DNA of 64,000 bases from positions 81,284,001-81,348,000 of the forward strand of contig NC_086097.1 of NCBI RefSeq assembly GCF_963921235.1, written 5' to 3'. Numbering within the stretch: position 1 is the first letter of the stretch; every line of letters begins with the position of its first letter. This document shows positions 39,171 through 51,869 of this stretch, piece by piece. A program made the translations under genes and the position numbers. The notes under the pieces were generated by a model. It was given only the letters and a program-made list of their open reading frames with translations. It did not search any database and was not told the origin of the DNA. This stretch comes from Mobula hypostoma (lineage: Eukaryota).

Positions 39171-42100
39171 CTAGACTTATCTACTGAGATATTCCTGAAA
39201 CCAATGATCTCACATTAAGGACTCTTTATCCTGTTATTTCATGCTCTCATTATTTATTGCTATTTATTTATATTTGCATTTACACAGTTTGTTGTCTTCT
39301 ATGCTCCAGCTCTTTCATTGATCCTGTTTACAGTTGGGTATGCCCACAGGAAAAAGAATCTCAGGGATGTATGTGGTGACATGTATGTGCTCTGATTTTC
39401 TTTTTACATTGATCTTCAATACAGAGTCCTAGTACATCCCACGTAATCTGCTTTTAATCTCAATGCAAAAGCCATCACAAATCTCTGAGTTGTAGCATAT
39501 AGGAAGTGATCCCTCACTGATCCCATCTCATTATGAAGTACGGGAAACAGATTCAAGCGCTACAGACCAACAGCAAAATCCTGGGCTATCCATACAAGTA
39601 CATATGCAAGCTCTTTGCAGACTACTGTGTGAACCTTATGCATTCTTAGTCTGCAAGCTCTCATTCTCTGATACACATCAGGAAATCAAATATTATGTTG
39701 CCTGAGCTCCGGAGTATTTCTAGTAATAGTCTTTTTTAGGAAATTAAATAAACTACAATCCCACTTCTTCAAATAAGCTATTAATTATGGATTTTAATTA
39801 AATTACAATGTCTCATTAAATCTAGAGATTTGATCTACTTATTCAAACAGGCCATCACAAAATAATTTTGCCCATGATTCCTGTATAGAATGATTCACTA
39901 TGAGGGTCTTTTTTTAAACAAAAAGATGTTGCTACCTCCTAGCTCCATGCTCTTTACCTCATCATTTCTTGAGCCAGCCTATTATTATGTCTCGTTTTCC
40001 TTTCTTGCTTAATATGCCTGCCTTGGCATGATCTTCAACTCTTTTTGAATGCTGGGCTTATCAAACAATCATTTTCCTACATTCCCTCTGAGGTACCTCA
40101 AGGCTGTCTTTTAACTGCTACTGATTACTTTTATGGAGTCAGTTTTCATGTGGACAGTGAAAACACCAAGCAATCACTTTCTATCTCAATTCCCAATCAC
40201 TTTTGAAACACAAATTCTTGGATAAATTGCATCTCTCTGCAGCTGAAGGTCAGAATGACTGAAACCATTATCCTTGTACTTAACTATCTATCTCTACTTG
40301 GGTCTGGCTTCAACCTCCTCTCTGTCGATTTTTTTTCAGCCTATGCTATAATGCTGTGATTAGCCTTTTGCCTGATTCAGAACTAAACACAAATCCTGGA
40401 GCAGTGAGGCTTGGCTATATATGCCCATGGAACCTTACAGCCAATCATGCAATGTGCTCATGTGAAAAATATCAACAAAATCAACTGAAACTCCAAGACA
40501 AGCAGTTGGAGACAGACTACACTGGGCTCGTAAAAAGGTTCACAGACATTGCCACACTATTAATAGCCGTAACTACACTGTGCATCCTCCGCGCAATAGG
40601 TAGCGGAGATTGAAATCTGGTTCAGTCCCACAGGATCAAAAGTTAGTTTACTTTCTATTGTGAAAAATAGTATTTTAATGTAAAAGGAACATTTATTTTT
40701 GACTGCAAAGTATTACCCACTCTGCTTTAACTTACCCTTTTTCCACAGCAGAATTCCCTCAAGGTACTTCTGCCAAGTACACATAATCACTTTTTGTTAA
40801 ACCCCTACTGAAAAGATTCCAACATCCTCCATTCTCACTACATATTTCCTGACCCATTGGAGGTCATCACACCCCAAATCCCTATGTCCTAAGACGTCCT
40901 CCTTCGTTGGCTCTTCTTACCAAAATTTTCTCAAAACTTCATTCCCCTCACTCCTGACTTCAAGAGTTGAATTTTTCACTCTCAGAACCCTCTTGAAACA
41001 CAGCTTCCCACAGAAACGAATGCTTTCAAAGTCACTCCAGCAGGGTTGGGATCCCATTGTTATCCTTCTACTTATTTGAGAAAAGCCTCAAGAAGTTTGT
41101 TTATGAAGTGGAATTATAAAAATGCAGCTGGGATATTTGAATGCCTTAAATATTTGTATCATTGCACAGACCTCGTCTGGAAGGAATTTCTCACACCATG
41201 TTCTATTTGTGAGAGAACTTTTTCATAATTTAACACAAAACAAGAACCATTAAAACTCAGACTAGGAATTAAATAATGACTCAATATACCATATCTTTTA
41301 AACCTTTTCATCTTTTACGTGGAGACATTCTGGTCAATATCCTGTTATATACTTACATCTATAGTGTAAGGGAAGAAAATCAGACAAATAGGAAAAAAAT
41401 AAAAGACTTGACTGATGAGAATGCCAGCTACCACTTGTTTACCGGAAAGCAACTTCTTTTGAGATATTATTCACAATTATCCATCAGGATGTACCCATAC
41501 CAGTAGTAGCCCAGTATTTTTTAGGGAGCTAATTTCTTACAGAACTAAGCCTAACAGCTGATTCACATCAACCAAGAACTGCATTCTCTGCTATTCTGAG
41601 GAAGATCCATTCAACGTGTTATGCTGGTTCTCAAACAAAAGCATGATTTTTCTTTTAAATAAACTATTCTACCCCCACATTCCCAACCCATTCTATAATA
41701 GTTTTCTAATAGATTTTATGGGCTTTAATGGAAACAAAGTACTATGGATTAAAATGCTCTACTTAAAATTATGAGCTCATAAATTCCCATGTTGCCCCTC
41801 ATTAATCCATAATCATCTGTGACATTGCTCATTTGGTGATACATGCTGACACCACCATGAAGGATGCATTGTTCCACTTCAGTCAGCTCCCCATGTCCTA
41901 CTTTAAAAATCTACAGCATGCCTGTTAATGAGCTACAGGATAGAAAATACAGCAGCGAATAGCTAAGGAATCTGAGAGGCAGAGCCTCACTATGATCCTG
42001 AACTAATTGCATGCTTTTAACTTTTTCTCCAATGCAATCTCATGCCTAGAAATTAGTGCACTGTCTGCTTGTTAAGCACTAAATCATCATGTTTAACACA

Positions 42101-43547
42101 AACTCCAACGCAAATTCCTTGTAAAATTATATTGATCAAAACATGATAAGGATGGCATACATGCTGAACTATGTGCTAAAATAGGATCTCCACAGTTCCT
42201 TACACAACCTTACAAATGAAAATGCTTGCTGCCAATTTGTTTTGCACTAATTGAAGGAGTATATCAGCCATTAAAGGCATACTCCCTTAGCAACCAGTCT
42301 GCAATCACCCTGGCTTTCAAAGAAGAAAGAACTTTGCAAGGGAGGGTGAGAGAGCTCCAAAATTTACTGAGCAGGACTTAGACCTGGTTATGGGAATTCA
42401 TGTGAAGAGGGAGGTCTTGCACTCATGTTTCTTCTCTTCTAAGGAGGATTGGTGGGGGAGGGATGAACAAGGTGGGAATGGTGAAAAAATAGCCAGGATC
42501 ACTGTGTGAAGAGCTGGGCAGGATGTGGTTCACATAAGAGCAAGAGTCCCCACATAACCGAGGAGTGTTGCAATACGTGTTATGGTGTCAGAAAGTACAA
42601 ATAAGCAACACAACACTGCTCCCAGACATCACACACTCACACAAGCACACAGAAACAAAGAACTCCATTCACATTCCCGACATATCCCTACCATTGACAT
42701 TCCCTGTCCTTTACTCACACTGAGGTCAAGCCACCAAACTCCAAGTGAGGATAAAGAAAAGAACGCTAATCACGGGTCTGATCAACAGGTTATGTACATA
42801 ATTTTCACATGCTCTGAGTGAGCCACTATTGTTTCTGAGTAGCAATTCAGGAACATCAAACAGATGTGAGGAGCATGCATATCTGTGCTGAGATTAGAGT
42901 TCCTCAATCTAAACAAATATAGCAGAACATCACAGAACAAGTCGCAGATGTAAAATAGGGTAGGCAAATGGTTTTGGGAGGATGTGAGGGATTACTATCA
43001 TCTGGGTTGTCTCTGGTTATTATGGCTGTTCAAAGTCATGATATGAAGAAGGTAACTTGCCTACATTGGCAGCTTTCAGTTTGCAAGAACCCCATGACAG
43101 CATCTATGAGGCAACTAATGGTTTCCTCTGTCCTTCGGTAGGGCACAAGGCTGTTAGTGTTCAGCAGGGACATTGTGTGCCTCATCCTCCTTTACCTTGC
43201 AACACATGATACTCAGATTCTGCGTTTCCTTACTGTGCTTCCTCTAGCATGAGCTGCTATCTTTGGTATTCATTCTAGCTGTCAGCATACAGTTAAGGTT
43301 TCTGCACTTGGTTGACATAAAATGCAAGGTGCCCTTGGGCTGATAGCAATGGAATCTTTTTTTAAACAAGACCAGCAGGATTATGATCAAAATTCCAGTA
43401 CTTGAATAGCAGCTGTGAAAAGGTAACAAACTAGTGAAAGCGGACAGTGAAACAGGGCTCAACCCCTGCCCTCAGGATCCACTCCTCAGGGCAAAGCAAA
43501 ATGCTAAAAACGTGGGTAAGTCTGGGCTCTATGACCAAAGGCATCCT

Positions 43548-43987
43548 ATGAGCATGCTCTATGAGAATAGGCTGAGTGAACTTGGCCTTTTCTCTTCGCA
43601 GCGATGGAGGATGAGAGGTGACCTGACAGAGGTGTAGAAGGTGATGAGAGGCATTGATCGTGTGGATGGTCAGAGGCTTTTTCCCAGGGTAGAAATGGCT
43701 GGCACGAGAGGACACAGTTTTAAGGTGCTTGGAAGTAGGTACAGAGGAGATGTCAGGGGTATGTTTTTTTACGCAGAGAGTGGTGAGTGCGTGGAATGGG
43801 CTGCCGGCGAAGGTGGAAGAGGCAGATATGATAGGGTCTTTTAAGAGTCTCCTGGATAGGTACATGGAGCTTAGAAAAATAGAGGGCTATGGGTAACCCT
43901 AGGTAATTTCTAATATAAGTACATGTTTGGCACAGCATCATGGGCCAAAAGGCCTGTATTGTGATGTAGGTTTTCTATGTTTCTATA
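43548..43987 (+). mobile_element. CR1 LINE 3' fragment
   Basis: YENRLSELGLFS..RMRGDL and GIDRVDGQRLFP..TRGHSFK; tail ttttctatgtttctat. Confidence 0.88.
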
Positions 43988-45709
43988 TGCATTTCCCAAA
44001 AACATGACCTTAACCTTGTGGATATTCTTACAATCACTTGAACATGCAGGGAGTGCTTATGTACTCCCTGGGTTATCATTGGAGGCCTTACGAGCACGTG
44101 AATGCAGTCAATGGCAGTCTAAACCCAAAAGAAACCAATGATCTTGGCAGATCTCAGTACCCAATGGGCTGCTTGCTTCACACTGAAACCAAAGCAGGTA
44201 AAATAACTTCTCTGTCAGGATGGTATCTAGGTAACCTCTCTGAAGTAATGGCAAATGGCCAGTTATGAAACTCTACAGTGATCTAGCTCAGGTTGTATGG
44301 GAAGATTTTGTTGCAAGCTAAGGTGAACTTGACCTTGATTGGAAGTGCAAACCATGCATGAAAGCATGGCCAAAGGCCTTGTGCAGCATTTCGCAAAACT
44401 CAGCTTTGAAAATACTGAGTTTGCAAAATACTTTGCTCATCTAAGAGTTTCAGAAAATGTGATGTTACTTTAGGAGAGGCTCTTCACAGATAAGTATACC
44501 ATTTTCTTCTGCCCAAGCATCATATAACCCAAAGGCTCAGCCATAGTCATGATGGTACCCTCAGTGATGGAGTGCTGTCAATGATCTCAATGATGGACTA
44601 TCTGGCTACTGAGCACCTTAGCCCCTGAATGCTGGAGTAAGACTAACTGCTATTTTATGCATGTACTGTGAGCTCTACAATAATCTCCTGTTGGTTCTGT
44701 CACTGCCAATTTGGTCATCAGAGAGTACCTTCAAATAGGTGAAGAAAATAAACCAATTTGTTCCACCTGCTCCTAGATGATCTGAAACAGAGACGAACCA
44801 CTGAGCTCCAATTTCACCTGGAAGCCCCAAAAGGGACTTGGTATGGCTGGTAATGTCATTCTGTGATACACTAGGCTGGGATAAACTCCTGTGTGGATCA
44901 ACAGTTTAATTCTGCATCGTGCACATTTCACTCAGAAATAATTGCAAGTACAATATACTTAAGATAAAATTTTGCACGATTAGTACCATGGAAAGGATGA
45001 TAATTCATCCAATTTCTCAGCTTTAATTTTTTTTATTGTGTTCTGCTGAGCACTAATGCCACACTATCCATCTATGACTTCTATCTTTTCCAGCATCTGA
45101 AAGCATTTCAATTTCAGTACCACACAGTTCAAATATAATGGCATTATAACATATTAACTCTTCTCTATATTTTAGCTCAGAACCATACCCTCAGTTATAA
45201 TCAAAGTAAATGTTTCTAGTAGCTATGTAATGCATATTTTTTTAATCTGCTTATTTGTGTGGTAATAACCTGATTAGACAGCCTGTTCTTCAATAACCAG
45301 TTTAAAAGACTTACTAGTAGAAAAGGGGGAGAGATTATTGCATCTTGAACACTGAGGGAAAATCAAAAAAGGCAACTACAGTAAAGCAATTACAATTAAA
45401 AGCAATTACAAATTTATTAAAAGCACTATTCCAAGAGAATAAGGGGTGCTTTAACTGAATTTACTTCAACGTCAGAGCAAAAAGAGTTCAACAGTTGTAT
45501 AATCTCTGTTCCCTGAAGCAGTTTTCCCAGTACTCACTCACAAGCAGATTTCCTCCTCCAACCCCCATACTCCTACCAACATCCTTGTCAGTCAGTTAGC
45601 TTCACATCGGTATCTTTCCTAACATACAACAGCTATAGAAACATGATTGTGCTGGATAAAAACACATTCTATAACTATGCTGAATAATCAACAAGTTTTC
45701 AATGCTTAC

Positions 45710-45740
45710 CTTGCAAACTTGAGAAATTCCTTAAAGTTAT
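45710..45740 (-). CDS. Candidate internal 31-nt coding exon (phase 1 to 2): xNFKEFLKFA(R)
   Basis: Acceptor cactatttcag| and consensus donor AAG|gtaagc. It ends in phase 2, matching the 31338-31399 exon (AG+A = Arg). Confidence 0.6.
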
Positions 45741-46349
45741 CTGAAATAGTGCACTTGTTATATAAATTTAGCACTGTACGGGACAGTGTAGTTAGTGAAC
45801 AAGTAATGCAAGGTTCAAATTCCACCTTGGCTGCTTAAACCTTTGATTGCAGTTAATAATCAGGGATATGCTAGTCTGTTATCAGCAGAAGTGAGCAGTA
45901 AAGGACTCCTATAAAGACTGACTCACTTAGTGTCATATAAAGAAAGTAATCTGCCATCCTAAATGCAATCTGGTTTAAGCACAGTTTGAGCCCAACCCAC
46001 TATTGACTCTTCATTGGACTCTGAATCTGCAAGGGAGGAATTTAACTGAATTCAGATTAAATCTTCTCCCCAATCCCAGGTCAACTGAAGATGGACAATG
46101 AACAGCGACGTTGCTTGTGGCAGGTTTATCCAGAAGATGCATTCTGAATTCAACTCTCACACTTCCTCTAAAATCTTGCGCAGGGTTGCAATTCACAAGC
46201 CTTAGTTCTCATAGCTCACTAAGTCATGTTTCCACTCGCATGTTCCACAGCAGCTGCCCTTCTCTCCATTATCACATTCATGCCACCCCTTCACAGTAAA
46301 CGCACATCCTCCTCAGGGGTTAGCATGAGCAAACTCGTTACTTTCTCAC

Positions 46350-46625
46350 AACCGTGCTGCGGGTAATGCTGCCACCTCATAGCTCCAGTGCCCCGAGTTT
46401 AACTCCAACTGCCAGTGCTGTCTATGAGGAGCTTGCATGTTCTCTCTCTGGCGTGGTGCACTTCTGACGGCTGCTCTGGTTTCCTCCCACGTCCTAAAGC
46501 TGTGCCGGTTGCTCAGTAAAGCGGGATGTGCAAATTGCCCTCGCTCCAGGTGATTGGAAGGAGAATCAGAGAATTGTCAATTGGTATGTGAAGTAAGAGG
46601 CAACAGGAATGATGAGATTGCTTTG
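46350..46625 (+). mobile_element. Degenerate V-SINE-like element
   Basis: tRNA-like head (gccacctcatagctccagt..gagtttaactcc) and V-domain-like ctgctctggtttcctcccac. Confidence 0.55.
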
Positions 46626-48856
46626 GAAGCTGGCTTTTATCAGAACATATGAAAACATGAAAACTGGCGCTTTGCACAAGGTCATAGAGATATACCTCAG
46701 GAACATAACCCTCCTCTAGGACATTATGCTGGAGATTATGGGAAGAGAAAATACAGAGTATTGATGAGACTTCTTTTTGCCATCCACTAGCCTGAAACTG
46801 CCAAATTCTTTACCCACCATTGCAGTACTAAGCATCAATTAACACAAAACATAACCCAGCAGCCTGAGCAGCAAAGGGGAGAAGCTAGAAGCATTTTCAA
46901 AGAATTTATGATTATTAGCATTTCCAAAAATGTCCTCATTGGGCCTTGCCAAAATTACTCCTTCGCTAATGATTCCAGTAATCTCCAAGGTAATTTTCTG
47001 AGTATGATATTGTACTTGACTCAGAGATAAGCTTCTGAATAGGTTGTCTATGTCCATCTCTGCAAAATGGCCCTGCTTCAGTACCACCCATCTGTTGAGA
47101 CTAGTTATCTGGGCAGACTTTCCAATCTCCATCAATTTAAGCTGGAATAAATGTTGCCACTATGACCTAGATCACACTAAATCTCATTTGCCCATCATAA
47201 AAGTGCACACTGGTAAAAATCGGATCCCAGTTCCAATTTTTACCAGGGTTCAGTTTTACGACAGGCAAATAAGATTTAGTGTATTTCAATATTCTTATCC
47301 CTGGATTTCAATATTCTTATCCTTGTTTTCACACTATGATCTCTATCAATCTTAAAATGTATTCAGATATTTTAGCTTCTCCATTTCTGGCTTTCTGTGA
47401 ATCCCAGATAGATTCTATGGCAGGTGGCCATGTGTTCAACTGCCCAAGAGCTAATATATCTAAACCACTCACTAAATCTCATCATTTTACCACTTTTCTT
47501 ATGCAAAGTGCTCCTTAAGATATTCCTCTTACTTTAAGTTATTTTCTCTCACGTTTCCTTGCCTCAAATGCATTAATGTTTGTAATTTCCGCAAAAGTCA
47601 CAAGCCAAAAGCTCATTTGGGCCTGGGGATGTTTTAAAGGACAAATAAACTATTGTATAATTACAGGTAACCATAATTAAAAGGTACATCTTGCAGGAAG
47701 TATGGATTTCTGTCTCTCATCCTTCTATAAGCTTACCCCATAAACTGGGTATGACCAAGTGCACCCTGCTCAGGGGTCACCCATCTTTCACTCTGATTAC
47801 TCTTAAATGCTAACTGCCCATATCTTCCATTCTGGGTTCACCAATCAGAGTAATCTGCCCAAGTATGGGAAGAGTGGACCAAGAAAGTGCAAGTGGAAGC
47901 ATCAGCTCAATACCATTCCATATTAATGGGATTTGCAGGAAGCTAGGTTACAGGAACCAGATAATCCAGAAGTCATCTTATTCAAAGGAGAATGTACAAC
48001 CACATTTAAGAGGACTTAGGGAGTGACTGAGACTCTCCAAACTACAGAACAAGATTGAAGACTGTTCCCAGCTGATGAAGAATGATTCTCCATGGTACTG
48101 ACATTTTTCTGATAACTGTGCTATTTTCATTTTCACACCATTGCAAAGATGATTTACATCTTCAGAAATGCATGAGATCAGATGGGAACAGGAATCGTTG
48201 ATGCACCAGAAAGAGTAGACATTTGGCAGGTGGACCTGTCCCAGTCATTGCTGTAAATAATCTCCCCTACCATCAGTCTCTTCATGGTTATCCTCATATA
48301 TCCTTCAACTTTAAACAGCTGGAAGACTTTTTCCTGTGCAGTTAAGCTTTTATTTCTGAAAGAGTTAATTTAAACAGATACAACTCTTTCAGAGCAGTCT
48401 GCTGTGTTGGAAAAGACTGATCTGCTCAGGGATTACCCTGAATATCAGTGCTCTATTTCTGGATTTCCCTCTCTCCTGAACTTGGCTTCTTGACCATCAG
48501 CTCAGGGAACATCCACTGCCCATTGTGCCAGCCGATACTTGATCATTTGGGAAGGGTACAGTGAAGATCGAAACAGGTATTATAACTGCTGCCAGAAAGC
48601 TAAGTATAAAAACTTGTGTGATGTGCAAATTGATGCAGTAGAATCCTGTTTGGAGAGCCCCACTGGCACCCCAACTATCCTCTTTCCTGGCCTCCCAAGT
48701 CCATAAGCCAGGTATGAATCTTTCTTCCACTTGTTAAGCTTTGTCCCTATCTTCAGAGCTCTTGATCAATATCTACTTGATTTCATTGGTTCGCATGATC
48801 AAAAGCCCCCAGGTGTCATTCACAGCCAGCACCATATGGTGGTTCCATGATTACTT

Positions 48857-49407
48857 CAGACATCCCACCCTGCAAAAACTCATTTCAGGGAGGTAGCACC
48901 ATCAATCTGCGGGACACTCCCGGAACTTCCGGGAGAGGTGGAATGTCTGCAATAGAGTAGCTCCTTAGCAGCTAGCCAGCTAGTTTAAGTAACGTTAGCT
49001 ATGCTAATAAACGAATGACACCTGTTAAACTCACCTCAACATGTCTTTTACAGTCTTAACCCACCATGAGCATTAGAAAAGTCACTGTTGCAAACAGAGC
49101 AGCGAGCAACACTGTCATTATTTTGACCCCTGTTAGGCAGGGGTACACTTTAGGGTAGTCTGGGGAGACGCACGTTTTATATTTTTTTTTATCACTCTGC
49201 CATGGCGCGCGCTCTCTCCCTCTCGCATTCTCACTTGCTTTCTCTCTCACTCTCTCTCTCATGGTCGCTCTCGCGCTCTCTCTTGCTTTCTCTCACTCGC
49301 TCTCAAAAAATTGATTTCTGTGATATTGCATATAATTTGTGGGCATCAGGGAGCCACTATTAATATGCGGGAGACTCCCGGAAGTTCCGGGAGAGGTGGG
49401 ATGTCTG
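48857..49407. mobile_element. Non-autonomous DNA transposon (MITE) with 13-bp TIRs and 6-bp TSD
   Basis: TIRs cagacatcccacc / ggtgggatgtctg, flanked by ttactt on both sides (48851-48856, 49408-49413). Internal CT-rich tract. Confidence 0.75.
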
Positions 49408-51869
49408 TTACTTACTATCAACACTGCTACCCGATTTCTCCTGCTACTTTTAATCTCCTAAGTAACAGCTCATATTCCCTATCCTCACTAACAAAATCAC
49501 TAGACAAGGTCAATCTGACTCACTCTTGTTTGCAATTGTTCTATATAAAAAAGCGTCAGATATTTTCAATCTTCTGTTTTTGACAGAACGGCTGATTGCC
49601 AGAACTTGGAACAAACACAAAGACTGCACTTGGCTGGCAGTGAAAGGAGCCCTCTCTGTCCAGTTCTTCATGCACAACTGGGGCTTCAGTTCCACATTGA
49701 GGTAGCTGCAGTTTGGATGAAAAATATCAAAGGGATCAATGGGAAAGCATGGATTGTATCACTGAGAGCACAATTCACTATTTGACATGTGTAATCTGTA
49801 TTTGATGTAAGTATATTCTGGAACTATTTCCCATCTGACCAAATGTACAAACCGAGGTACTGTTTAATCTGCAGAATTACAACATTAAGTGTGGAAAATC
49901 AGTAACAAGTGAAAAAGTGCACAAAACTGACAGTCCAGGGAACTATTCAAATACACCACATTGAACATAGGCCTGGATGTAGTTTCACAGTATGTGTCTA
50001 AGTCTAGCAAATACACACAAGCTTAAAAAATGTGGATTGATAATCAACAAAAATATGGATTAGAGAGCAAGACTACAGAAGCAGGTACAAAAAGTTACAA
50101 CCTAGAGGTGTAATTTGAATGTAGACAATCACTAAAAAAAAAGCAAGCATTATGCACGATCAATCCTTTAAACAATTCTTCGGCTTTTGAACACCACAGG
50201 AAATCCTTGCTTTAGTGAAATTGTCTCACGTACCTACAACACTCATCAAAAGTTAAAACAAACCTTTTTACACCTGGCTCTGAGCAAAGTATTCTGGGAT
50301 TACAGAGAAAATAAAAGTGACAAAACAAGCATAGATTGACTGATGCCTTCAAAAACTCCACAAAAACAGCAAAAGAAAATATCTAAAAATAATCCATCAA
50401 GGATGACACCATCTGAAGAGCACAGCAGCACCAAGAATGCCATAAGAATTTTAAAGAAATAGCTGGTCTCACAATGAAATTTTGTTGCAGGTAACTGAAT
50501 TGTTGGGATCGATAAGTACAGTAATAAATATAATGTTCATTAAGATGCCCAAAACTTGTTGATAAACTTCAATACTTATATTTTTCATGAAAATTAAGAC
50601 GATTACTTAATGATAAAATGAATTCAGGAGATTGGTTAAAGTAGATGTCCCTTATACCATGACGCAATTTTTTTTTTGCTGATTACACAACTAATAAATA
50701 GGAGAATGAAAACTATAAATCCAAACAATGAGGACAAGTTATATTAATGACTTGTATGAATCATGCAAGTTGTAAAAAAGGAATCGTAAATTTCATTTTA
50801 AGTATGTTTGAAGGTGTATGCATTGTTGCAAGCAGGATATAGATTGAATTAATGATAGAATAAATTGTAAATGATATAAAACAGAAATAAATGTAATAGC
50901 TTAAACACGGAAGTATTCTCAACTAGTCAGAATTACAATCATTAGAATGCATACGCTGAGAGATTTTTGTTGTCTAAACACGTAGAAATTTTCTGCCGTC
51001 AATAAAGAACATCATGGGATCTAGAGAGAAATACTAATTATCTTACTGAGAGAGCAATTCAGCACCATAGGCTGTAACATCCCCACTGTAATGCAAGAGC
51101 AATTTTACAAGCCAATAGGTCAAAAGGCTGAGTATGTATAGAGCATTAGTGTGGAAAGGGGTTTGATAATTCAACATTTATGATTACAGAAAGCAATCTA
51201 TAATCCACTAAGATGTTGTGAGCCTTTTGCAGTGACTAGCATCTTAAATTGTCATTAGGTCTGCAAAGCCTGATATTCTTAGTCTCCGAGTTTCCAAGCA
51301 GCATGCACTAACTCCTCTAATAAATTAGCCAAGGCTGAATGAAATGACAAAAGAGAAATTCAAAGGAAAGGGGATAATAAAAATGTGAATGGGTAAATGC
51401 AGAAATTATGAAGACGGGAAACAAACTGAACAGTACAAAATAAATAGAAGCATAAAAGAGAGATAGGAACACAGCCAGATTTCTATCAAGCAATCTCTAA
51501 TGCAATATGAAATGCATTAAGGCCATAAATAAAGCACAGTTAACTACTAAACAGAAGGCAAATCCGCCTTCGATCAAGGCCCATGATAGTTCAGATTCTG
51601 AATATCGAACAATCAGCTAACAGGAAATAATATGCAACCAGTACTGACTATATTATGAGACGGAACACAGTTAGAACAGATGGAGCAGCTACACCATGTG
51701 CATAGCAATAAATTCTTTTGCACCTTGTGATACAAATTGTGTAACCATACCAGGAAACTCAGCAGAGAGAGGGGTTTACCAAATACTTGTGAAAGATATA
51801 AATACCACCAAGAGGTGTTGAGTTTTGACTGCTGGGTTTACAGAACAAGTGTTAGCAAGCAGTAAGGCA

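Noticed and set aside
47283..47323. 22-bp tandem duplication atttcaatattcttatcc
   Set aside because: An ordinary local slippage duplication with only two units; not an array.
48355..48393. 12-bp perfect inverted repeat (tctgaaagagtt/aactctttcaga)
   Set aside because: Isolated short stem with no TSD, family or context, so no function can be argued.
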